NCBI GenBank assembly: GCA_963770565.1
Contig: CAVYQE010000001.1
Span: forward strand, 1,024,001 to 1,088,000
DNA: 64,000 nucleotides
DNA from: an uncultured Actinomycetota bacterium
GTDB lineage: Bacteria > Actinomycetota > Actinomycetes > JAFAQI01
Direction: 5' to 3'
In this document: in pieces, positions 28,695-39,202 of the stretch
Position numbering within the stretch: position 1 is the first letter of the stretch
Layout: each line of letters begins with the position of its first letter
Position numbers and translations under genes: made by a program
The notes under the pieces: generated by a model
Database searches by the model: none
What the model was told of the DNA's origin: nothing
The model's input: only the letters and a program-made list of their open reading frames with translations

Positions 28695-29918
28695 ATGAGC
28701 GCCCACCCGATGCCTGACGTCGACGTTGCCGTTGTCGGCGGCGGACCGGCCGGCCTGGCCGCGGCCGCTGAGGCGGCCAGGGGCGGGCTGCGGGTCGTCG
28801 TCCTCGAGCGGGCCCATGCGATCGGCGAGCCGGTCCGGACCAGCGGCGGCAGTTTCGTCAAGCCGCTGCAGGCGATGGGGGTGCCGGCTCGTTGCTACCA
28901 CCCGATCCACCGGATCCGGGTGATCGGGCCGACCACCGAGGCGCTCAAGACCTACCCGCGCGCGGTCGGCTGCGTCCTCGATGTCCGGGGCACTTACCAG
29001 TGGCTGGCCCAGCAGGCGATCGAGGCCGGCGCCGAGGTCCGGCTGCGCGCCCAGGTCGAGGGCCCGCTGCGCAACGGCCGGGTCCGTGGCGTCGCGGTCC
29101 GCGATCCGTTCCGCGGGAAGTACGACGTCACCTCGCACGTCGTCGTCGACGCCAGCGGGCACACCGGTTTCCTGGCCCGCGACACGGGCTTGCGGCCTGG
29201 CAACGAGCGCAGCGCGGTCGGCATGGAGCTCGAGCTGCACAGCCCGGCGTACGACCAGGACGAGGTGATCTTCTGGCTCGGCGACGACGTCGCACCCGGT
29301 GGGTACGGCTGGGCGTTTCCGTGCGGCGACGGCCGGGTCCGGCTCGGCGTCGGCGTGGTGCGGCCGGACAGCGAGGCCGAGCCGCGGGTGCTACTTGATT
29401 CGTTGCGCGAAGAGTTCGTCCGGCTGGTCGGGCCGAGCTCCGGATCCGGCGTGTTGGAGATGCACAGCGGGCTGATGCCGGTGCTCAAGCCGGACGCAAC
29501 GACGCTGGTCGGCGACGGCATCGTGGTGACCGGCGACGCCGCCGGGCAGGGTTCGACGCTGCTCGGTGAGGGAATCCGTTATGCGATCCTCGCCGGCCGC
29601 GGCGCCGGCCAGGCGATCGTCGCGGCCGGCGGGGACTACACCGCGCGCGGCCTCGCGTCGTACCCCAAAGAGTGGCGCCGGATGAGCGGGCGCAACCTGC
29701 GGATCTCCTACGCCGTGAATGAGCGGATCTGTCGCTTCGAGGATGCCGACTGGGATCGGGTCATCCGCCGGATGGACAAGCTCACCCCGCACCAGGCCGC
29801 GGCGGTGTTCTCGAGCTCGTTCAGCCCGTGGTGGGCGCTGTCGGTGCTCTGGACCGACCCGTCACTGGTCCGCTCCGTCTGGCGGGCGCTCAGAAGCCCG
29901 TCGGTGCGTCGAGCTTGA
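28695..29918 (+). CDS. FAD-dependent oxidoreductase, geranylgeranyl reductase-like
   Basis: [28 protein letters not shown]…GEGIRYAI. Confidence 0.85.
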   Translation: MSAHPMPDVDVAVVGGGPAGLAAAAEAARGGLRVVVLERAHAIGEPVRTSGGSFVKPLQAMGVPARCYHPIHRIRVIGPTTEALKTYPRAVGCVLDVRGTYQWLAQQAIEAGAEVRLRAQVEGPLRNGRVRGVAVRDPFRGKYDVTSHVVVDASGHTGFLARDTGLRPGNERSAVGMELELHSPAYDQDEVIFWLGDDVAPGGYGWAFPCGDGRVRLGVGVVRPDSEAEPRVLLDSLREEFVRLVGPSSGSGVLEMHSGLMPVLKPDATTLVGDGIVVTGDAAGQGSTLLGEGIRYAILAGRGAGQAIVAAGGDYTARGLASYPKEWRRMSGRNLRISYAVNERICRFEDADWDRVIRRMDKLTPHQAAAVFSSSFSPWWALSVLWTDPSLVRSVWRALRSPSVRRA

Positions 29919-30393
29919 GGTTGCGCAGCAGCTTGGCGACGTGCCCGGTGGCCTTCACGTTGTAGAACGCGTGCGCGATCTTGCCCTTTGGATCGACCAC
30001 GAAGGTGGACCGGATCACGCCGGTGACGGTCTTGCCGTACATCGTCTTCTCGCCCCACGCGCCGTACGCCGACAAGATCTCCTTGTCCGGGTCGGAGAGC
30101 AGCGGGAAGGTCAGGTCGTGGGTCTCGCGGAACTTGCGTAGCTTGGCCGGCTTGTCGGGCGAGATTCCCACCACCGCGAAGTCGGAGCCGTCCAGCAAGG
30201 CGAGGTTGTCGCGGAAGTCGCAGGCCTGCTTGGTACAGCCGGGGGTCAGTGCGGCCGGGTAGAAGTAGAGGACGACGTTGCGCCCGCGGAACTCCTTCAG
30301 GGTCCGGGTCTGCTCGTCGGCGTCGAGCGCGCTGAAGGCAGGGGCAGGGTCACCGGGGGACAATCGCATGGGATCAGACGCTAGTACGCTCAT
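29890..30393 (-). CDS. bcp: Thioredoxin-dependent thiol peroxidase
   Basis: LYFYPAALTPGCTKQACDFRD, YGAWGEK, RSTFV. Confidence 0.93.
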   Translation of the reverse strand: MSVLASDPMRLSPGDPAPAFSALDADEQTRTLKEFRGRNVVLYFYPAALTPGCTKQACDFRDNLALLDGSDFAVVGISPDKPAKLRKFRETHDLTFPLLSDPDKEILSAYGAWGEKTMYGKTVTGVIRSTFVVDPKGKIAHAFYNVKATGHVAKLLRNLKLDAPTGF

Positions 30394-30413
30394 CACCCGA
30401 CGATGGAGGACAC

Positions 30414-30656
30414 GTGGCGCCGAGCCGGGACCCAGACGCGATCGAGCGGGACATCGAAGCAACCAGGGCCGAATTGGCCGACGCGATCGACGCGATCGCT
30501 GAACGGATGAGTCCGAAGCGGGTGGCATCCCGAGGGGTCGAGGTGCTCCGGGAGCAGGCCACCACGGTCTCGTCCCGGCCGCCGGGTCAGCTGGCCGCGG
30601 TGGCCGCGGTCGTGATCGTCGTCGTGGTGATCTTCTGGCGCCGCCGCTCCCGCTGA
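30414..30656 (+). CDS. DUF3618 protein
   Basis: RDPDAIERDIEATRAELADAIDAI…P, C-terminal TM helix; usual neighbour of bcp. Confidence 0.85.
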   Translation: MAPSRDPDAIERDIEATRAELADAIDAIAERMSPKRVASRGVEVLREQATTVSSRPPGQLAAVAAVVIVVVVIFWRRRSR

Positions 30657-30704
30657 TCGCGACGATGCGAGCGAAATCAGCTCCGGTGCGGCAGACTGCC
30701 CACT

Positions 30705-31160
30705 GTGCGCATCTCGGCGAAGTCTGACTACGCGGTCCGGGCGATGGCTGAGCTCGCCGTGTCCGGCGAGCAGGGCGCCGTCAAGGCCGAGCAGATCGCG
30801 GTCGCCCAGGACATCCCGCTGAACTTCCTGCTGGGGATCCTCCGCGAGCTCCGCAACTCACATCTGGTCCGCAGTCAGCGCGGCCGCGACGGTGGCTACG
30901 TCCTGAGCCGCCCGGCCGCGCAGATCACCCTCGCCGACGTGATTCGCGCGGTCGACGGGCCGCTGGCCAATGTTCGCGATCTCAGCCTGACCGAGCTCAG
31001 CTACCCCGGCGCCGCCGAGTCGCTGCGCGAGGTCTGGATGGCGGTACGCGGCAGCCTGCGTGAGGTGCTGGAGAACGTCACGGTCGCCGATCTGGCGAGC
31101 GGCCGGCTACCCCGCAACGTCAAGACGCTGGCGGCGCGTCATCAGGCCGAACGCAACTAG
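30705..31160 (+). CDS. Rrf2 family transcriptional regulator
   Basis: MRISAKSDYAVRA, SQRGRDGGY, ITLADVIRAVDGPL. Confidence 0.92.
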   Translation: MRISAKSDYAVRAMAELAVSGEQGAVKAEQIAVAQDIPLNFLLGILRELRNSHLVRSQRGRDGGYVLSRPAAQITLADVIRAVDGPLANVRDLSLTELSYPGAAESLREVWMAVRGSLREVLENVTVADLASGRLPRNVKTLAARHQAERN

Positions 31161-31186
31161 GCCCAACCCGTAGTCCCGGTACGGCG

Positions 31187-32233
31187 CTACTTACGGGTCG
31201 GCCGGCTGCCCTTCGGCAACAGCTCGATCCAGGTGCGGCCAGGAGCCAGATTGATCACATGGCCGCTCGCATCGAGCAGGGTCAGCGCTGAGGTGACCGT
31301 CGGCCGCTTCCAGGTGCCCTTGATGATCTTGCCGTTGCGCATCACCCATACCGGGTTGCTGCCGACCGTCACGTCGAGCGGCGAGGCATTGCCGAGTACG
31401 TCGTGCAGGCCGGTGCTGGCGATGTCGACCGACATGATGACGACGTTGGTCGCGCTGACCTGCTTACCGTTGGTCAGCATGTCCGCCGAGCCGTCCTGGG
31501 TCCGCAGCCAGCTGTTGTGCGACCAGGTCCACACCGCGTTGGCCGCCGGCCAGTTCAGCGAGATGTGTTTGGCTCCGCGCGCGCTCGAGTCGATCGAGCC
31601 GTAGCTGAACAGCGGCTTGGGTGCGGTGAGCTTGGACCGCTTCTGCAGCCCGGCGTGCCGGAGCCGCTTGGTCGAGGAGAACACGTTGTGCGGCGCCGGC
31701 CGCGACAGGTTGCGGTCGAAGTACTGCGGATCGTTGTCCTGCGAGATCAGGACGGTGTCGCCGTGCGCTTCGATCGGCGGCAGGTCCTTGGGGTTGGCAC
31801 CGGAGAAGCCGAGGATGCTGCCGTGCAATAACGCGAGCAGGTCGGCGTCGGTGATCCGGGCCGAGCGAATCGGGCCGACCAGAGGCGCCGCAGTGCACTG
31901 GAAGATCGCCATCAGCCGGGTCAGCCCGCCCTCGACGAGCTCCTCAACCACGATGTCGGCCTGGTTGTCACCGGCCTGCGGGAGCGCCTGGGCAACGTTG
32001 TCGATCTTCACCGCGACCGCCGCCCGGGTCGCCGACTGATGCTTCTGTTGGGCCATCCCGGTCAACGAGCAGGTCGGCCGGGCTCCGGGCGATGTGCTGG
32101 TCGAGACCGAAGCCGACGGCGACGTCGTCGCGGACCCCCCAGGACTCGACGGGGTGGAGCTTCCGCTGCACCCGGCCATCGCAAGGACGGCCAGGAGGCC
32201 GGTGATCGTGGTTGCGCTGCGCTTTAGCTGCAT
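31187..32233 (-). CDS. DUF3048 domain lipoprotein
   Basis: Lipobox MAGC, AVKIDN, EELVEGGLTR, GPIRSAR, APHNVF, LAPGRTWIEL. Confidence 0.88.
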   Translation of the reverse strand: MQLKRSATTITGLLAVLAMAGCSGSSTPSSPGGSATTSPSASVSTSTSPGARPTCSLTGMAQQKHQSATRAAVAVKIDNVAQALPQAGDNQADIVVEELVEGGLTRLMAIFQCTAAPLVGPIRSARITDADLLALLHGSILGFSGANPKDLPPIEAHGDTVLISQDNDPQYFDRNLSRPAPHNVFSSTKRLRHAGLQKRSKLTAPKPLFSYGSIDSSARGAKHISLNWPAANAVWTWSHNSWLRTQDGSADMLTNGKQVSATNVVIMSVDIASTGLHDVLGNASPLDVTVGSNPVWVMRNGKIIKGTWKRPTVTSALTLLDASGHVINLAPGRTWIELLPKGSRPTRK

Positions 32234-33798
32234 GGGTTGGTCGCCCCTGTTCGGACGGTCGGGGTCGCGGTCGATGTGGAGACCTTGACCGGTTTGACCC
32301 CCGAATAGGTGGAACCCAGGATGAGCTCGATCCGGGTGCCGAGGGCGTTGGACTCGCGTTCGACCGAGCCCGGGACGGCGGCTGCAAGCGTCTTGGCGGA
32401 GTCGGCCCGGCTCGGGCCATAGAGTACGACGGTCGTGGCCGGGCTGGTGCCCTTTGGCGCGTTCCCCGTGCCGCTGATCAGGAAGCCTTCCCCGGACAAC
32501 GCCTGTCCGGCCGACGCCGCCAGGCCGCCGGTCGAGGTCGCGTTGAGGACCTTCACTGCGATGTCGCCCGGCGGGATGGTGAGCCGCTGCGGCCGGGTCA
32601 CGTTCGTGATCGACTTGTCAGCGGTGAAGTCGTGGAACAGCCGCTTGGACAGGACCGGGTCCCACTTGACCGCGGATCCCACCGGCGTCGCGAGGGCGGT
32701 ATTGGACAGCGGCACGGTGAGCAGGTTGACGTTCTTGGGCGACATCGAGTGCAGCGTCGACGCCAGCCGGAGGATCTGCGCCGTACCCAGCCCCTTGTCG
32801 GTGGTCAGCGACCCGGCCACGCTCTTGAGGAAGCCGTCCAGCTTGGGCAGGTTGAGCAGTACGCCGGCACTCTCGGCCTTGTCGAGCATCGCGCTCATGA
32901 ACTTCTGCTGGCGCTGGATCCGGCCGAGGTCACCTTGCGCCGGGTCGAACTCGCGGGCCCGGACGTACTCGAGCGCACTGGTGCCGTTCAGGTGACTGGT
33001 GCCGGCCGGGAGCTTCAGCCCGCTGCCGACGTAGCCGCCGGTCGCCGAGTCGAAGTGGACCGGGTCATTGATCGCCTTGGCGTTGCAGACGTTCACCCCG
33101 CCGAGGGCCTGCACCATGTTGACGAAGCCGAGGAAGTTGATCTCGATGTAGTGGTCGATCCGGACGTGGGTGTTGTATTCGACGGTCTGGATCGTGAGCT
33201 GCGCGCCGCCGAGAGAGTAGGCCGCGTTCAGCTTGTTCATCTGGGCCGGCACCTCGTGGCCGTGGGAGCGGTGCGCGGGGATCGTGACGTAGGAGTCGCG
33301 CGGCAGGCTGACCATGTCGGCCTTGCCGCCGCCGGCCGGGATGTGCAGCAGGATCATCGTGTCGGAGCGCTGCCCGGCGTCGTGACCGACGTGCAGGTTC
33401 TTCTGCTGCGCCTTGGTCAACCCGGCCCGGCTGTCCGAACCGACGATCAGGATGTTGAGGTCACCGATCGCCCCGCCGGTCGGCCGGGATCCGGACGGGA
33501 ACGGGTTGATCTTGTGGATCTTGTCCAGGATGGACAGTCCGGCGAGCGCGGCGAGTCCGACCACCAGCACCATGACCGCGGCCATCACTCCCGCGATCGT
33601 GGCGATCATCCGCTTGCGCGACCACTCGCGGAAGCCGCGCAGGCCCCGGCGGCGCCCCGGCGGGCCGGGCGGTTTCGGGGGCTGACCGGGCCGGCCGGGT
33701 CGACTGCGCGACGGTGGCCGGCGTGGATCAAGCTCGGGTGGCAGGGTCCGGGTGGCCGTTTCCCCACCATGCGGCGGCCCGTCGTACGTTCCGCTCAC
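32224..33798 (-). CDS. LCP (LytR-CpsA-Psr) protein with LytR_C domain
   Basis: TM helix, NILIVGSDSR, RSDTMIL, SLPRDS, DLGRIQRQQ, VKVLNAT. Confidence 0.92.
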   Translation of the reverse strand: MSGTYDGPPHGGETATRTLPPELDPRRPPSRSRPGRPGQPPKPPGPPGRRRGLRGFREWSRKRMIATIAGVMAAVMVLVVGLAALAGLSILDKIHKINPFPSGSRPTGGAIGDLNILIVGSDSRAGLTKAQQKNLHVGHDAGQRSDTMILLHIPAGGGKADMVSLPRDSYVTIPAHRSHGHEVPAQMNKLNAAYSLGGAQLTIQTVEYNTHVRIDHYIEINFLGFVNMVQALGGVNVCNAKAINDPVHFDSATGGYVGSGLKLPAGTSHLNGTSALEYVRAREFDPAQGDLGRIQRQQKFMSAMLDKAESAGVLLNLPKLDGFLKSVAGSLTTDKGLGTAQILRLASTLHSMSPKNVNLLTVPLSNTALATPVGSAVKWDPVLSKRLFHDFTADKSITNVTRPQRLTIPPGDIAVKVLNATSTGGLAASAGQALSGEGFLISGTGNAPKGTSPATTVVLYGPSRADSAKTLAAAVPGSVERESNALGTRIELILGSTYSGVKPVKVSTSTATPTVRTGATNPCS

Positions 33799-33902
33799 GT
33801 GCTGGAACCTCCGACGATAGGGACATATGGGGCCGACCCGGTATCGATGCTAGGTGAGTGGCCCGCGATCGGCCGGGATGCCACGCGGTAGCGTGCCGCG
33901 CG

Positions 33903-34886
33903 ATGGCACGCACACAATCCGGGCCCGGGCCGGCCGTCTCGGTCATCCTGACGGTGCTCAACGAGGAGCGCCACCTGCGCGCGGCGGTCGGCTCCGTGCT
34001 CGCTCAGGACTACCCGGCCGAGCTCGAGGTCGTGCTCGCGCTCGGTCCCTCGCGGGACCACTCCGATGCGGTCGCGAAGGAGCTCGCCGCGGACCCTCGG
34101 GTGATCCTGGTCGCCAATCCCACCGGCCGGACGCCGAACGGGCTCAACCTTGCGGTCGCGGCGAGCCGGTTCCCGGTGGTGGCCCGGGTCGACGGGCATT
34201 CGGTCATCCCGCCGGACTACCTGCGCAACGCGGTGGAGGTACTCGAGCGGACCGGTGCGGACAACGTCGGCGGGCTGATGTCGGCCCGCGGCGTGACGAC
34301 CATCGAGCAGGCGATCGCGACCGCGATGACGAGCAAGCTCGGCGTCGGCAACGCGCCGTTCCACGTCGGCGGCACGGAGGGTCAGGCCGACACGGTCTAT
34401 CTGGGGGTATTCCGCCGCAGCGCCCTGGACCGGGTCGGCGGGTACGACGAGACCTTCACCCGGGCCCAGGACTGGGAGATGAACTACCGGATCCGGGCGT
34501 CGGGCGGACTGGTTTGGTTCTCGCCGACGCTGTCGGTGTCCTACCGCCCGCGGCACTCGCTCGCGGCGCTGGCCCGGCAGTATTTCCACTACGGGCGCTG
34601 GCGTCGCCAAGTGATGCGCGCTCATCCGGGTTCGGTCAACCTTCGCTATCTGGCCCCGCCTGCGGCGGTGCTGGGTGTTGTTGCGGGTCTCGTTCTCTCA
34701 ACGTTTCTGTCGGTCTGGGCGTTGACTGCGCCGGCGGCTTATCTCCTGCTCGATGTCGTGGGCTCGCTGGTGATCGGCCGCCGGCTGCCCTGGCGGGCCT
34801 GGCTCGCGCTGCCGGTGGTCATCGCGACCATGCACATGGCCTGGGGCGTCGGCTTTTTGTCGGCCTGGCGCCGGCCGCCGAGCTAG
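33903..34886 (+). CDS. Glycosyltransferase family 2
   Basis: VSVILTVLNEE, RVDGH, GGYDE…AQDWEMNYR, QYFHYGRWR. Confidence 0.9.
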   Translation: MARTQSGPGPAVSVILTVLNEERHLRAAVGSVLAQDYPAELEVVLALGPSRDHSDAVAKELAADPRVILVANPTGRTPNGLNLAVAASRFPVVARVDGHSVIPPDYLRNAVEVLERTGADNVGGLMSARGVTTIEQAIATAMTSKLGVGNAPFHVGGTEGQADTVYLGVFRRSALDRVGGYDETFTRAQDWEMNYRIRASGGLVWFSPTLSVSYRPRHSLAALARQYFHYGRWRRQVMRAHPGSVNLRYLAPPAAVLGVVAGLVLSTFLSVWALTAPAAYLLLDVVGSLVIGRRLPWRAWLALPVVIATMHMAWGVGFLSAWRRPPS

Positions 34887-34902
34887 AGCTTCGATCGATC
34901 GG

Positions 34903-36423
34903 CTAGCTGAGACATCCTTCGTTGCTGGCCGTGGTGGGGTTGATTCCGGACTGCGACGGCGCGGCGCTGATCTTGACCGGGACCACGGACGTGTAGTTGC
35001 TGCCGACGATCACCGTGATGGTGTCGCCGGCGGACAGGTTGTTGGTGCTGGTCGCGCCGGTAATCGAGGCGGTGACGGTCTGTGACGACTGGACCTTGTC
35101 GCTGCCGTACTCAACCGTGGTCGTGGCGTAGCCGGTGTTCGGGGCCTTCCCGACGCTGACGATGTGGAAGCCCTGCGCGGCGAGCGCGTTGGCGACCGTG
35201 TGCCCGAGGCGCTTCTGGGTGGTGCCGTTCTCGACGATCACGTTGATCGCGCTCGGCGCGATGGTGAGCGTCGGACCACTGGCCCGTGCCGCCTTTGCGC
35301 TGCCCGGGATCGGCTTGTCGTGCCGGATCGCGTTCCAAAGCTTCGCGGACTTGACCGGATCCCACGCCACGTCCGCGGTCGGGACGCCAGGCGGCAAGGT
35401 CGTCGCGAGCGGGACGGTCAGGATCTGGATCCCGCCCGGGCCGACGCCGTGGATCGCCTTCGCGAGCTTGATCATCTCCCGCAGGCCGAACCCGTCGGTC
35501 TGCAGTGACTTGGTCCCGGCGTTGATGACCCGGGCCAGCTTGAGCGGATCGAGCAGGAGGCCGGTGCTGAAGGCCTTGCGAATGACCGCGCCGATGAACT
35601 CCTGTTGCCGCTTGATCCGAGGCAGGTCGCCGCCGCCGTCGAGGGCGTAGCGGGCCCGCATCAGCGCCAGCGCCTGGGTACCGTCGATCTCGACGCTCTG
35701 GCCGGCCGGCAGATTGAGGCCGCTGCCGTGGTAGCCGGAGGCGTCGTGGACGATCGGATCCTGCAGCGGCTCGGCCACGCACATCCGGATGCCGCCGAGC
35801 GCGTCGACCACCTTCTCGAAACCGATGAAGTTGATCACGGCGTAGTGGTCGATGTGGACGTGGGTGAGCTTCTCGACCGTCGCGATCGTGCAGCTCGGCG
35901 CGTACTTCGGGCCGGCCTGCTCGCCGATCGAGAACGCCTCGTTGAACTTCCCGACGGTCGGTGCCGACTTCTGGCCGTTCGGCCCGATCACGCAGGCCGG
36001 GATCTGGACGTAGGAGTCACGCGGGATGCTGACCATGGTGGCCTTGCGGTCACCGGCGGACAGGTGCAGCAGGATCGTGGTGTCGGACCGGGCGCCCTGG
36101 ATGTCGTTGCCGCCGGTGCCTTTTCCGCTCGCGCCGGCGCGGCTGTCCGAGCCCATCAACAGGAAGTTCTCCGCATTGGCCACGATCTTGGTGGCCGTGA
36201 TACCCGATCCGGGGCCGGTGTCGACCACGATCGGATCGGTGGTGATCTGCCCGAAATAGTGCCGATAAAGGAGGTATCCGCCGCCGCCGACGAGCACCAG
36301 AAGGACGGCGAGGGAGATCGACGTCCACTTCAGGACCCGCCTCCAGCGTTGCGGAGGACGCGGTTGCGCGGACGCCAGGGGCGTCGTCACCGAAAGGTTG
36401 CTCCTTGTTCGACGGCTGGTCAC
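34903..36423 (-). CDS. LCP (LytR-CpsA-Psr) protein with LytR_C domain
   Basis: NFLLMGSDSR, RSDTTILLH, SIPRDS, DLPRIKRQQ, VIVENGT. Confidence 0.92.
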   Translation of the reverse strand: MTSRRTRSNLSVTTPLASAQPRPPQRWRRVLKWTSISLAVLLVLVGGGGYLLYRHYFGQITTDPIVVDTGPGSGITATKIVANAENFLLMGSDSRAGASGKGTGGNDIQGARSDTTILLHLSAGDRKATMVSIPRDSYVQIPACVIGPNGQKSAPTVGKFNEAFSIGEQAGPKYAPSCTIATVEKLTHVHIDHYAVINFIGFEKVVDALGGIRMCVAEPLQDPIVHDASGYHGSGLNLPAGQSVEIDGTQALALMRARYALDGGGDLPRIKRQQEFIGAVIRKAFSTGLLLDPLKLARVINAGTKSLQTDGFGLREMIKLAKAIHGVGPGGIQILTVPLATTLPPGVPTADVAWDPVKSAKLWNAIRHDKPIPGSAKAARASGPTLTIAPSAINVIVENGTTQKRLGHTVANALAAQGFHIVSVGKAPNTGYATTTVEYGSDKVQSSQTVTASITGATSTNNLSAGDTITVIVGSNYTSVVPVKISAAPSQSGINPTTASNEGCLS

Positions 36424-36567
36424 CCGGCCGATGAATTCACAGGATAGGTGCCGTTTGCTGAGGAGACGCTGAAGGGCCCGCGGCGGTTGGCTCGTGGCGC
36501 GCGGTGGCGCGCCCGGTCTCGGACATTGCGGTCAAGACGCCGTATGGTTGGGACGATTGTGACTGGT

Positions 36568-38118
36568 GTGACACGTTCCTTCCCGCGCCGGCGACGCCTC
36601 GCGGCCGGTTCCCTCGGCGCAGGTCTGGCCGGCCTCGCGATCGTCCCGATGGTCCTCGTGCCCGCTGCGCCGGCTGCTGCGACACCCGTGCACGGCGCGA
36701 ATGGGGCCCTGGCCCGGCACGAGGTCTACCCGGTGCCGCCCGGCGGCGTCTACACGATCCACGGGCGTGGAAACGGACATGGCCACGGCATGTCGCAATG
36801 GGGCGCGATGGGCGCCGCCAGGGTCGACCACCTGTCGGTCAACCAGATCCTGCACTTCTACTACCCGACCACGACGCTGGCGACCCGGTCGACGAAGCGG
36901 ACGATCCGGGTCCTGCTCACTGCCGTCGACGCGCCCGCGCGCGGCTACGTGCAGGTCAGCCCGGCGCTCGGGCTGGCCCTCACCCCGGCCGGCGGGAAGC
37001 CGTCGGTGCTGCCCACCAAGACCACGACCCATCACGCCATCACCGGCTGGCGGCTGCAGCACAGCGGTGCCTCGATCGTGTTGCGCAACCTGTCGTCCGG
37101 GGCCTGGCACACCACGAAGAGGCTCGGGACCGGCGCGACCTTCACCGACACCGCGCAGCAGATCCCGGTCAGCACCCCCGGCGGGCCGATCAGCTATCGC
37201 GGCTCGATCGTGGGCGAGCTCGAGTCGGGCTCGATGGAGGCGGTCAACGTCGTCGACATCGAGCAGTACCTGCTCTCGGTGGTGCCGTCGGAGATGCCGT
37301 CGGGCTGGCCCGCCGCAACACTGCAGGCGCAGGCAGTCGCGGCGCGGACCTACGCCCGGCACGGCCTGAGTGATCCGAAGACCAGCTGGTACGACGTCGA
37401 CGGCGACACCCGTGACCAGGCCTATGGCGGAGTCGGGGTGGAGACGCCTCGGGCCACCAACGCGGTCGAGGCCACCGCGGGCGAGACCATCGTCGACCGC
37501 CACGGCCACGCGGTGCTCGCGCAGTACGCCTCGGCCGACGGCGGTTGGACGGTGTCCGGCGGCGTGCCCTACCTTCCGGCCGAAGCCGATCCATACGACG
37601 GCGCGGTGGCCAACTCCGACCATGCCTGGACCAGGTCGGTGTCGGCCAGCACGCTCGAGTCGGCGTACCCGCAGCTCGGGACCTTGTCGGAGATCGAGAT
37701 CACCGGTCGTGACGGCGACGGGGCGTGGGGCGGCCGGGTCACCACATTGACGCTGGTCGGCAGTAAGGCGGCGGTGCAGCTCACCGGGACCGACCTGCAG
37801 GCAACGCTTGGGTTCGGCAGCACCTGGTTCCGGCCGACCCCGCTGCCGGCCGCGCCGTCGAAGCTGACCGCCAAGGCGTCCGGCCAGACCGTGACCGCGA
37901 CCTGGGCCGCGCCGGCGTCGGTGTCGGGGGCGGCGGCGGTCACCGGCTACCGGTTCACGCTGACACCGGGCGGCCACCACCAGAGCCTCAAACCGACCGT
38001 GCTCAAGGCCTCCGTCGCGAAGCTCGCCGCCGGCACCTACACGGTGAGCGTCGTGGCGGTGAGCAAGGCCGGCAACAGCCCGGCCGCGACCACCACGGTC
38101 AAGGTCACGGCCGGTTGA
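36568..38118 (+). CDS. SpoIID/LytB domain protein with C-terminal FN3 domain
   Basis: GNGHGHGMSQWGA, YLLSVVPSEMPSGW, QAQAVAARTYA; PAAPS…W…GY…YTVSVVAVS; start uncertain. Confidence 0.85.
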   Translation: MTRSFPRRRRLAAGSLGAGLAGLAIVPMVLVPAAPAAATPVHGANGALARHEVYPVPPGGVYTIHGRGNGHGHGMSQWGAMGAARVDHLSVNQILHFYYPTTTLATRSTKRTIRVLLTAVDAPARGYVQVSPALGLALTPAGGKPSVLPTKTTTHHAITGWRLQHSGASIVLRNLSSGAWHTTKRLGTGATFTDTAQQIPVSTPGGPISYRGSIVGELESGSMEAVNVVDIEQYLLSVVPSEMPSGWPAATLQAQAVAARTYARHGLSDPKTSWYDVDGDTRDQAYGGVGVETPRATNAVEATAGETIVDRHGHAVLAQYASADGGWTVSGGVPYLPAEADPYDGAVANSDHAWTRSVSASTLESAYPQLGTLSEIEITGRDGDGAWGGRVTTLTLVGSKAAVQLTGTDLQATLGFGSTWFRPTPLPAAPSKLTAKASGQTVTATWAAPASVSGAAAVTGYRFTLTPGGHHQSLKPTVLKASVAKLAAGTYTVSVVAVSKAGNSPAATTTVKVTAG

Positions 38119-38125
38119 TGGGGCG

Positions 38126-39073
38126 TTAGTTCCGCCCGAGCCGTCCGGACTGATAGTCCTCGACGGCCTGCAGCACTTCGGCCTTGGTGTTCATCACGAA
38201 CGGGCCCATCCAGGCCACCGGCTCGCGGATCGGTGCTCCACCGAGCAGGATGACGTCGAGCCCGGCGGCGTACCGGGCGTCCTGGCCGGGAGCTGCGCCG
38301 ACCGTGACGCTCTCGCCCGGCCCGAACACCGCCAGCTGGCCGGTCTCGATGTCTACCGCCTCGGCGCCGACCGTGCCGCGGCCGGCGAGGACGTAGGCGA
38401 GCGCGTTGAAGTCGGCCCGCCACGGCAGCGTCAACGATGCACCGGGCGCGACGGTCGCGTGCACCATCGTCATCGGCGTGTACGTCGACCCCGGGCCGGC
38501 GTGCCCGTCGACCTCGCCCGCGATCACCCGGACCAGCGATCCGGCGTCCGGCGAGGTGAGGAGCGCGACCTGGCCGCTGCGTAAGTCCTGGTAGCGCGGG
38601 GCGACGAGCTTCTGCGCGCGCGGCAGGTTGACCCACAGCTGGATCCCGTGGAAGAGCCCGCCGCTCGCCACCAGCGCCTCCGGTGGCTTCTCGATGTGCA
38701 GGATGCCGCCGCCGGCGGTCATCCACTGCGTGTCGCCGTTGGTGATCACGCCGCCGCCGCCGTTGGAGTCCTGGTGCTCGAAGGTGCCGTCGATGATGTA
38801 GGTGACGGTCTCGAACCCGCGGTGCGGGTGCCAGGACGTGCCCTTCGCCTCGCCCGGGGAGTATTCGACCTCGCCCATCTGATCCATGTGGACGAACGGG
38901 TCGAGGTCGGCAAGGTCGACGCCGGCGAACGCGCGTCGGACCGGGAAGCCCTCGCCTTCATAGCCGCTCGGGGCCCGGGTCAGGCTCTTGACCGGGCGCG
39001 GGGCGGCCGTCGTGGGCTCGATCGACGTCACCCGGGTGAGGGTGGACAGGTCGTCGACGGTGACAGCGGGCAT
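38126..39073 (-). CDS. Pirin family protein
   Basis: DPFVHMDQM, WHPHRGFETVTY, QWMTAGGGILHIE, GPFVMNT. Confidence 0.93.
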   Translation of the reverse strand: MPAVTVDDLSTLTRVTSIEPTTAAPRPVKSLTRAPSGYEGEGFPVRRAFAGVDLADLDPFVHMDQMGEVEYSPGEAKGTSWHPHRGFETVTYIIDGTFEHQDSNGGGGVITNGDTQWMTAGGGILHIEKPPEALVASGGLFHGIQLWVNLPRAQKLVAPRYQDLRSGQVALLTSPDAGSLVRVIAGEVDGHAGPGSTYTPMTMVHATVAPGASLTLPWRADFNALAYVLAGRGTVGAEAVDIETGQLAVFGPGESVTVGAAPGQDARYAAGLDVILLGGAPIREPVAWMGPFVMNTKAEVLQAVEDYQSGRLGRN

Positions 39074-39186
39074 CGTGCGCCTCCGGTAGGGACGTCGTTG
39101 AACAGATCGATTGCCTCCACAACATAATTGTGGACGCAACAATTCCGGGTGATCGGTGGCCGAGGTGTCGGGGCGTGCGGCGAAAC

Positions 39187-39200
39187 TGAAACCTGTTCTA
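39187..39200. promoter_or_regulatory. KstR-type operator
   Basis: TGAAACCTGTTCTA fits TnnAACnnGTTnnA, 2 nt before the ATG of a FadE34-like gene. Confidence 0.65.
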
Positions 39201-39202
39201 GT

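Noticed and set aside
28493-28700. tRNA as an integration site for a prophage or ICE
   Set aside because: No integrase and no duplicated tRNA 3' end found in the window.
31187-38118. DUF3048-LCP-GT2-LCP-SpoIID block as a novel system
   Set aside because: LCP-GT2-LCP arrays are common actinobacterial cell-envelope loci.
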